A DNA stretch of 26,017 bases from a virus. Taxonomy: Duplodnaviria > Caudoviricetes. The stretch is taken from IMG/VR virus record IMGVR_UViG_3300025030_000384, positions 1 to 26,017 of that record; one strand, 5' to 3'. Within the stretch, counting starts at the first letter, position 1; each line of letters opens with the position of its first letter. Below the pieces are notes generated by a model, which was given only the letters and a program-made list of their open reading frames with translations, had not been told where the DNA came from and did not search any database. Of this stretch, positions 15,421 to 23,400 are shown piece by piece. Both the position numbers and the translations under genes were made by a program.

Positions 15421-16200
15421 ATGCTCTACTTCACCAAGCCAGGCGGTGCCCTGCTCCACGGCGACTGCCTCGAAGAGATGAAACGCCTTCCTGATAATTC
15501 CGTCGATATGATCCTCTGTGATTTGCCTTATGGTACAACCGCTTGTAAATGGGATACAGTAATACCTTTTGAACCTTTGTGGACAGAATACAAGCGGGTC
15601 GCCAAGAAGAACGCCGCAATAGTCTTAACAGCGTCTCAGCCTTTCACGTCGTCGCTCGTGATGTCAAACCCATCGTGGTTTAAGTATCAGTGGGTATGGG
15701 TTAAAAATAGGTCCACGGGTCACGTACACTCTAAGAACCGACCTATGAAGCGCCACGAAGACATTTGTGTTTTCTCAGAGGGCAACACGCTCCACGAAGG
15801 GCAGTCAGCCGACAGAATGCCATATTTTCCACAGGATACAATACTACTGCCCGAAGGCATTTTCAGGCGCACTCGTAATGATGCTGGCGACGACACCACC
15901 ATGTCAAAACGGAAGTCACATAAAGCCACCATAGCAACACACACTGGATACCCTGAGAGTTTAATTGAGTTTGCAATAGAAATGAATCAGGAAAGAAGCC
16001 ACCCCACTCAAAAACCCGTAGCTCTTTTCGAATACCTAATTAAGACCTACACCAACGAGGGCGCAATGGTCCTCGACAACTGTGCAGGGTCTGGGACCAC
16101 CGCCATTGCCTGTGAGAACCTCAATCGCCGATGGTGCTGCATAGAGAAAGAGCAGGAGTATTGTGACGTTATTTTGAAGCGGTTGGGGGTTGGTCTATGA
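15421..16200 (+). CDS. DNA methyltransferase (N4-C/N6-A, beta class)
   Basis: GDCLE, DLPYG, HPTQKP, VLDNCAGSGTT; ATG 15421 after GGAGG. Confidence 0.93.
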   Translation: MLYFTKPGGALLHGDCLEEMKRLPDNSVDMILCDLPYGTTACKWDTVIPFEPLWTEYKRVAKKNAAIVLTASQPFTSSLVMSNPSWFKYQWVWVKNRSTGHVHSKNRPMKRHEDICVFSEGNTLHEGQSADRMPYFPQDTILLPEGIFRRTRNDAGDDTTMSKRKSHKATIATHTGYPESLIEFAIEMNQERSHPTQKPVALFEYLIKTYTNEGAMVLDNCAGSGTTAIACENLNRRWCCIEKEQEYCDVILKRLGVGL

Positions 16201-18998
16201 GCCACTTCCTTTCCCAACTCCTGCCAACGCAGGGTCTTTACTGCTCGGCACAGGCGGCGTCAAAAGGATTCATCCATAGATACTTTAGCACGATAGAAAA
16301 CCTTGTCAACCACCTGGAAACACAGGACGCCGCAGGTCACACGATGTACGTGGCTCAGGCGACGTACAAGACCACCGAATCCCGCAAGACTGACAACGCC
16401 TCACATGTAAGAAACTTCTTTTTGGACATCGACGCCGGCACTGAGAAGTACGAGCAGACTCCTGACAAGGCGTACCCTTCGCAGCGCGAGGCGCTGGATG
16501 CGGTCAAACAGCTCGCCGCCGATCTTAAACTCCCGCTACCTACAATCGTAAACTCAGGCCACGGGCTTTACGCGCACTGGATGGTTGATGAGGACATCCC
16601 CGCAGATAAGTGGAAGGCTCTGGCGCAGATATTCAAAGCCGTGGTGCAGAAATGCGGCTTCCGCCAAGACCCGAGCAGAACGTCCGACACATCCTCCGTC
16701 CTCCGTCCTCCAGGCACGACCAACAGGAAGCATGGAGAGGAGCGACCGGTGCGCCTCGGCCACCTCGCAGAGCCTCTCAAATTGGCGACATTCATCCACG
16801 CACTCGATGAGGCGGCCAAGAAGCACAAGGTCATCGCGGCGGCGATTCAGCCCCCGACGACGTTCAAAGGTTTAAACGACGAGTTTACATCAGGTGTTGA
16901 GGGGCCGCCATCCTCACTGCTTCTCGTCGCCGATCACTGTGCGCAGGTCAGGAAGGTACGGGACACCAAGGGAAATGTCGATGAGCCTACGTGGTACAAC
17001 TTCCTCGGCATGGCACGCTACACAACCGAAGGCAAGGAAGGGGAGATCCTCCATGAGTGGAGTCAAGGGCATCCAGACTATACCGCCGAGGCTACCGAGG
17101 CAAAGATATTCCAGCACACCCAGGGCGGCTATGGACCGACGACCTGCGAGAAGTTTGGCTCGGACAATCCTTCTGGTTGTATGGCGTGCCCTCACGCGAA
17201 CTCGATCAAGAGTCCCATACTCCTTGGACGACCCGACCCTGTATCCATAGAGACCGAAGAGGAGCAGGGACTCTGCCCCGCAGGATTCATGCGCTCCGAA
17301 GAGGGTGTGTTCTATGATGATGGGAAATGGCACAGGTTCTACCCTTACGACCTCTACATCACCAACATCGCCTACGACCACACCCTCGGGTACGAAGTAG
17401 CGACGATCAAACACCAGATGCCGATTACCAAGGAGTACGTGCAGTTCGGCATGCGTGCGTCACTCATCCACGACCCCAAGACACTATTAATGACCCTCGG
17501 CGACAATCACGTTCAGACGACCGGCGGGGAAACGAGAAAACAGATGGTACTTTATGTAGACCACGCTATGGCGGAGATGCGCAAGCAAAGAAGGTTATCT
17601 TCCCTCCACTCGCAGATGGGGTGGAAAGACGAGGGCGAGTCCAAGGTGTTCATTCTCGGCGACCAGATGTTCCGCAGGGACGAGGAGCCAGAGACAATCG
17701 GTTTCGCCCGTAACGTTCCAGAGGCCGGCAGAGCCTTCCGCGCCCAGGGCGACCTTGACGCCTGGAAGAGGACAACGAAATATCTCGGTATGCCTCGCAT
17801 GGAGGCGTTCGCCTTCGCGTTCCTGGCAGGCGCTTTCGGAGCACCGCTGATGAAATTCACCGGCTACGCAGGGGCGATGGTCGCACTGATCGGGGATTCC
17901 GGCATTGGCAAGACGCTGCTCGGCGAGTGGATCATGTCGGTGTATGGAGATAGTCAGAAATTAATCCTTCTCAAAGATGATACCAAGAACTTTCTCGTGC
18001 AACGACTCGGGCTGTACGGCTCTCTCCCGATCTACGTGGATGAGATCAGCAACATCGAAGGACAGGAACTCTCAGACCTCGTGTACAAGATCACTCAGGG
18101 GCGGGACAAGGGGAGACTCTCACGCAGTGGCAATGAAAGGGCGCAGATCAATTCGTGGAGCACCGTCGCCGTCGCCAGCTCGAACCATTCCCTCGTTGAC
18201 AAGCTTTCAGCTTTAAAAACTGATGCCTCCGCAGAAATGAACCGTATATTGGAGATCGAGGCTTACGCAGTGCCGACCTTTGGCCGCGACGAATCCACCA
18301 GCGTTTATCACGCCTTCAGGGAAAATTTCGGCTTAGTCGGCCCCTCATACATCAACTATATCACCGCGCAACAGGATGTCCACCGGGAAAAAATGGATGT
18401 TATCGTCAGGAACCTCGACCTCAGCACCAACGCACAGCCGGAGGAGCGGTTCTGGTCGGCGATAACAGGCGCGGCCATATACGGAGGACTGATCGCCCAC
18501 AAACTCGGCCTGATAGACTTCCAGGTGGCTCCGGTGCTTGCATGGGCGAAACAACATATCATTAAAGCACGAGCATGTAAAGGCGAGTTGGTTACAAGTT
18601 ACACTGATCTCCTGGGGCAGTTCCTCGATCACCACTCCTCCGGCGCACTGGTCACGACGCATAACGGCCCGAAAGAGCTGGTGGGAATCATCCGCGAACC
18701 CCGCGCCCCGCTCGTGTACCGGATAAATGAGGATACGAAGAGACTTTACATCTCAAGAAGTGCGCTGAAGACGTACCTGGAAAAGACCTACGGGTCGTAC
18801 ACCAAACTGAGAACAGAGCTTGAGAACTGCGGCGCACTGCTGGACACGAATAAGCGGAAGGTACTCGGCGGCGGGACGTATTACGGCGGCAGCCAGCAGC
18901 CGGTGTGGGAGATAGACCTGGACTGCACCGAGCTTGGAAGAAGGACGCTTGGACTTGTGAAGGATCTGGAGAAAATGCCGAAAGGAGTGGCGGTATGA
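16197..18998 (+). CDS. Primase-helicase fusion (primase N-terminus, Cys-rich PriCT-like region, DUF927 and P-loop)
   Basis: FLDID, NSGHGLYAHW, LRPPGT.N.K; C..F....C..C; Walker A GDSGIGKT and VDE. Confidence 0.88.
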   Translation: MSHFLSQLLPTQGLYCSAQAASKGFIHRYFSTIENLVNHLETQDAAGHTMYVAQATYKTTESRKTDNASHVRNFFLDIDAGTEKYEQTPDKAYPSQREALDAVKQLAADLKLPLPTIVNSGHGLYAHWMVDEDIPADKWKALAQIFKAVVQKCGFRQDPSRTSDTSSVLRPPGTTNRKHGEERPVRLGHLAEPLKLATFIHALDEAAKKHKVIAAAIQPPTTFKGLNDEFTSGVEGPPSSLLLVADHCAQVRKVRDTKGNVDEPTWYNFLGMARYTTEGKEGEILHEWSQGHPDYTAEATEAKIFQHTQGGYGPTTCEKFGSDNPSGCMACPHANSIKSPILLGRPDPVSIETEEEQGLCPAGFMRSEEGVFYDDGKWHRFYPYDLYITNIAYDHTLGYEVATIKHQMPITKEYVQFGMRASLIHDPKTLLMTLGDNHVQTTGGETRKQMVLYVDHAMAEMRKQRRLSSLHSQMGWKDEGESKVFILGDQMFRRDEEPETIGFARNVPEAGRAFRAQGDLDAWKRTTKYLGMPRMEAFAFAFLAGAFGAPLMKFTGYAGAMVALIGDSGIGKTLLGEWIMSVYGDSQKLILLKDDTKNFLVQRLGLYGSLPIYVDEISNIEGQELSDLVYKITQGRDKGRLSRSGNERAQINSWSTVAVASSNHSLVDKLSALKTDASAEMNRILEIEAYAVPTFGRDESTSVYHAFRENFGLVGPSYINYITAQQDVHREKMDVIVRNLDLSTNAQPEERFWSAITGAAIYGGLIAHKLGLIDFQVAPVLAWAKQHIIKARACKGELVTSYTDLLGQFLDHHSSGALVTTHNGPKELVGIIREPRAPLVYRINEDTKRLYISRSALKTYLEKTYGSYTKLRTELENCGALLDTNKRKVLGGGTYYGGSQQPVWEIDLDCTELGRRTLGLVKDLEKMPKGVAV

Positions 18999-19177
18999 TC
19001 CCCACCCAAAAAATCTCCACAGGAGACATCATCGCCTTCCGTGACACGATCACGGAGAAGTCCCGTACCCTGAAAGTCGTGAGGTGTGGTGAGGATTTTG
19101 TGGTTGTGAACAGACTTGGTAGCGAGTACGCGGTGCGTGAGGACGAGATAACATCTTTTGAACGGAGGAGGTACTAA
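18995..19177 (+). CDS. Small hypothetical protein (beta-rich, possibly SH3-like)
   Basis: ATGA overlap; AAGGAG RBS. Confidence 0.6.
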   Translation: MIPTQKISTGDIIAFRDTITEKSRTLKVVRCGEDFVVVNRLGSEYAVREDEITSFERRRY

Positions 19178-19178
19178 A

Positions 19179-19697
19179 ATGGTCTTTTTGCACATCTGTG
19201 CCCCGTGTCAAAGCGGGATGCACTCACTCTGCGCGGGGAGTAAGCCCGCGCCTAAAGGCTATTTCGGGGGCAGTAAGTGTACCTGCCGTTGTCGCCACGA
19301 AACAACATCCGACGACCCCGAAATAGGGCGGCAACGGTTCGCAGAACTGTGTAAATCTAAGGAACTTAAATGTCCAAAATGCGGTAATTTTGGGCAAGGT
19401 GGCGCGTTAGGGGTTGAGGGCGGCACCCGCCATTACCGCTGGTGTAAAAAGCCGTCATGTGACGGAGCGTGGCAGTGGGACGACCTGAGTGAGGGGCGGG
19501 ATTCCAATAGCTTGCTTCCGTGCCCAGAGTGTGGAGCGCGTCCAGAAGCAGACTGCGTAATCCGCTCATTTCCAGGCAGAGAGCCACAGGACAAGAATTT
19601 CGTTGAGGCACGATGTACTGAATGCGGGTTTCAGGTAGTTGTAGGTACGTCTGCAAAACCTGTGCTTATCAGATACTTCTGGAACTTACGACGGTAA
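19179..19697 (+). CDS. Multi-zinc-finger protein with Lar-like C-terminal module
   Basis: Several CxxC pairs; LLPCPECG...CTECG...WN; GGAGG RBS. Confidence 0.7.
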   Translation: MVFLHICAPCQSGMHSLCAGSKPAPKGYFGGSKCTCRCRHETTSDDPEIGRQRFAELCKSKELKCPKCGNFGQGGALGVEGGTRHYRWCKKPSCDGAWQWDDLSEGRDSNSLLPCPECGARPEADCVIRSFPGREPQDKNFVEARCTECGFQVVVGTSAKPVLIRYFWNLRR

Positions 19698-19720
19698 ACA
19701 GCTTCTAAGGGAGGTCTTTC

Positions 19721-19924
19721 ATGGCACCAAGAATTGAAATCAAGTGGGGGCGGTTCACCACCGATGTATTTTACGGCCCAGGCGAGGTTCACCCCTGTTA
19801 CGGCTCGGCCTATGCGTGGGCGTGCGAGTACAGACGCTGTGCGAAAGAGCAGCGACCGGAGGATGAGGTAAGCGTCGTTCATTATTTTGGTACGACGAGC
19901 GAAGTTCTGAGTTTGGAGGATTAA
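19721..19924 (+). CDS. Hypothetical protein
   Basis: GGAGG RBS; 67 aa. Confidence 0.65.
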   Translation: MAPRIEIKWGRFTTDVFYGPGEVHPCYGSAYAWACEYRRCAKEQRPEDEVSVVHYFGTTSEVLSLED

Positions 19925-20050
19925 ATGATATTCCGTGACGACATTCAAAGCATCGGCGATGCACTGGGACTCGGAGGGACATTCCTCGTGGATTACGGGT
20001 TTCATCAGATATTGGAGAAGATTAAGAGGTTGAAAGAAGATAAAGATTAA
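19925..20050 (+). CDS. 41-aa hypothetical protein
   Basis: GGAGG RBS; ATG abuts the previous stop; MIFRDDIQSIGDALGLGGTFLVDYGFHQILEKIKRLKEDKD*. Confidence 0.55.
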   Translation: MIFRDDIQSIGDALGLGGTFLVDYGFHQILEKIKRLKEDKD

Positions 20051-20072
20051 ACCAGTTGGTGGCTCTGCCACG

Positions 20073-20112
20073 CCTGCGGTTGGTGGCCCTCCTGCCGACC
20101 GCAGGGTTTTTT
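20073..20112 (+). terminator. Intrinsic terminator
   Basis: CCTGCGGTTGGT...GCCGACCGCAGG followed by GTTTTTT. Confidence 0.7.
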
Positions 20113-20200
20113 ATACGACGGGCTTGGGGGAGGGATATTCACCCAAGCAGGGGGTTTCCTAAAAGGAAGAAGCACCACAAAAAATAAAAGGGAGGAACGC

Positions 20201-20428
20201 ATGACAGAAGAACAGATTAACAACAACTTCAGGTATCACAGACCCACCAGTGCGCAGCAGGAAAAGTACGTCACTCTGCGCGACGAGGCAAAGGAACTGG
20301 CACTGAAAATCAATGAACTGTGCCCCGACAGCAGGGAGAAGTTTCTTGCTTTCTCGAAGCTGGAAGAGGCAGTGATGTGGGCAAACGCTTCAATCGCCCG
20401 GAATGGGGACGAAGAACCGCACCACTAG
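20201..20428 (+). CDS. Acb2/Tad1-like helical hairpin protein (candidate anti-defence nucleotide sponge)
   Basis: NNFRYH.P...Y..LR...LA..I...CP.SREK.LA..KLEEAVMWANASIAR pattern; GGAGG RBS. Confidence 0.7.
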   Translation: MTEEQINNNFRYHRPTSAQQEKYVTLRDEAKELALKINELCPDSREKFLAFSKLEEAVMWANASIARNGDEEPHH

Positions 20429-20436
20429 AAGAAATG

Positions 20437-20454
20437 GGGCGGCTCTCGCCGCCC
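20437..20454. terminator. Hairpin between convergent genes (possible bidirectional terminator)
   Basis: GGGCGGC-TCTC-GCCGCCC; weak U-tract on the - strand only. Confidence 0.45.
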
Positions 20455-23400
20455 TACATCTCCTTAACAATCCTCTCCCGCTCAGTGAGCCCTCCAGTCC
20501 GTGATGCCCGTACCCGCTTAATTCCCCGAGCAAGTTCTTCTGCCGTGATGCCGAGTTTCGGGTTCGCCGCAGTCCATTTGTTAATCCCTTCGAGGGCCGC
20601 GTCCCTTGCATCTACATCGTTATCAGCCGTAGCCTCGGCGACTTTGCGTATCAGCAGGGATCGTTTGCGGGACAGCTCGGTTGAAAGATTTTTAATGTAC
20701 CTGCTCTCCTCACGAGCGAGGGAGACCTCCATAGGGTTGATCCCCACCATCATCAGGGCGTAGGAGTACATCGATATGTCCTCAGATGCGAGAATGGTCT
20801 TACCCCCGCCGCGCACTCCGTCGCTGCTGACTTCTGCAGCCTTCAGGAAATCCCTGAGAACTTTCGGTGTGGAGTATTGAATAGCCTTGCCAATCTCGCC
20901 TTCAGCCAGAGCATCTCCGGAGCGCACGATGTCCGAGGCGATGCCCCACGACGGCCCGAGCAGCCGACCTGCATACCAGTTAGCTTTTGCCGTGCCGGTA
21001 ACACCTGCAGGTGGCTCACCCATTACGATGTCACCCATGGAGCCGAGACCGATACGCTGCGACACGTCCCACCCGACCAGCGAGGGTAAGCCCTTGATAA
21101 ACACATTGCCTATCGTGTCGCCCATGTACTCGCGCATTGTGGTCTCATAACTCCTCTTCATGTCGAACTCAGGATCGTCGTCATCGCCGAACATAAAAGA
21201 GAGCGCACCCCAGATCGCAGTCATGCCGGTATTCCCGAGAGCAAGGGCGAGAGGCGTACCACCTGCGCCTGCCAGAGCCATGGAGGTGCCGACCATGTAG
21301 GCCATTTCTTTTCGTGCCTCGTCCCGCTTGGCTTTGCCTTCGGGGGTCTGGTTATTTTTGTACTCCGCCCCATAGGAGTCCTTGACGAGTTGTAATATCT
21401 TCCCCAAAGTATGCAGTCTGAAATACTGGAACTGGCCGAGGATGTGGCCTGCGTTACCCTGCCACGCCTTGCCCCTGTTCTCCGAGCTGACATCATAGAG
21501 AGTATCATTAATGATGTGCGCGGCGTATTCGTTCGCGTCGAGGAAACTCTTGCCATGGGACAGTTCGAACGCCGATACTGCGGCGGCGCGACGAGATCCT
21601 GTCTCCGAGTGGCGCATGAAGAAACTCAGTTTTTCCGCAGCCCAGTTGCTCGTAGCTGAGAGCTTATCGGCCAGACGATCACCGGAGTTCGATGCTTCCC
21701 CGAGTTCGCGAAGCGAATGCGAAGAGGAGAGGTCGATGCGTCCCTGGAGCGAGAGGACTTTCAGCAGGACGAGCCTGCGGTCCTTCTGGTTCTTGAAGCC
21801 GCTAAAGAGCGCAGCGATCTGTTTATCAATCTTCGCCTTGTCGGCCCCCTCCGCGTAGCTCTCGGTTATCAGGTCGTAGATGCGGTCGCCCACGAACTCA
21901 TGCTCACGGTTGAAGGTATTAATCTTCTCGTCCGAGAAATCCCCGGCCAGGTACTGCTTGGCCGCTTGTGTGTAGGCTTTGAACGCCTTGCCGTAGCCGA
22001 ACTTGGCAGCCATCTTGGGGATGGTAATCATAAACGGCTGTGACCACTGCACCGCCCAGATCGACGGAGAGGAGAGATACCACAGGAACGAGGTCTTGCC
22101 GGTCGCCTTGACGAACCCGTTGATCTTGACCTTGGCCGAGGTCTTGTCGTTCTCGTAGAGGTAGTTGTACAGCGTGTCCATCTCCACGGCGGAGCGTATG
22201 TCGTACTGCGGCTCGGAGGTAAACGCCTTGATGGCATTGTGCATGTCGCGGAACGACTGCTCGATCTGCGCCCCGAAAATGAGTCCTGCGTTCGCATTGG
22301 CATGATTTTGCACATAGTTCGAATAGACCTTCAGGACGTTGGTGCTGAAACCAGCCACACCCTGACGGTGGAGCTTGTTACCTGCCGTGGCATTACCCGG
22401 CATCATGTTTATCCGCAGCGCCTCGGCCTCCTGCATGAGTCCTTCGATAGCCTTGGCGTACTTATCCGCATCTTCCTGCGACGCTCCCGGATTGGTCTTT
22501 TTGAACTGCGCCTCTGCGGCGGAGCGGAGCTTGCTGATAAGCGCACCGGGGATGTTGACCGCATCGCGGCCCATCTTCTGCTGTTTCTCGATCGTGGCGT
22601 GCAGACCGTTATCAGGATTCGCATTAATCATATCCACGTACTCGGACGCCTCCAGCTCGGAGTCGAAAAACTCCATCCTCTGGGTGCTGCCCATCTCCCC
22701 GTTCTCATCCATGGAGGCCGTGCGCACCATGAAGTCTCCGAAGCGCATAAAGGGGAAGTAGTCACCCTTCAGGAGCGGGTAACGGGCGTCGATGTTTTCA
22801 ATAATTTGTTTGAGGTTCAGGAGCTCCTCGGAATCACCTTCCTTCGCCTTCCTCGCCTGTGACATCATCTCGGCACCATGCACAGCTTCCCACGGAGCCA
22901 GCGCCGCCTTGTGCCCTTCCAGATAAACCTCGTGCATCTGGTCAATCATGGTCTGGTGAGCCACACGCTGCTCGGGTGTGAACTTGGCGTACAGGTCACG
23001 AACTTCTTTTAAGGCAACGCCGAGAGTCTTGCCGGTGCGCTCCTGCATACCGGACTTAGCCCATGACTCCTCCGTCCAATCGTTCGCCCGTGTCGGGTCG
23101 GCGTGGAGCTGATATGTCGTCGCCATGATAACCAGGTCGGAGAGCATCTGCTCCTCAGCCTTGGTCTTAAACGCCTTGCCGATGGCGACTACTCCATACC
23201 ATGCACGGTCAAGTTCCGACTGCTTGTATCCCGCCTTACGCTGCACGAGGTCACCGTACTGCTTGAGGTACTTGTGGATCGGCGCGAACTGGCGAGAAGA
23301 CACCGCCATGTCGATGGTCCGACTGATCGGCATAATAAACCGCATCACCTTGTCGCGCACATTGCGGAGCATGTTACCAGAGCCTTTGGTGCTCGCCCTT

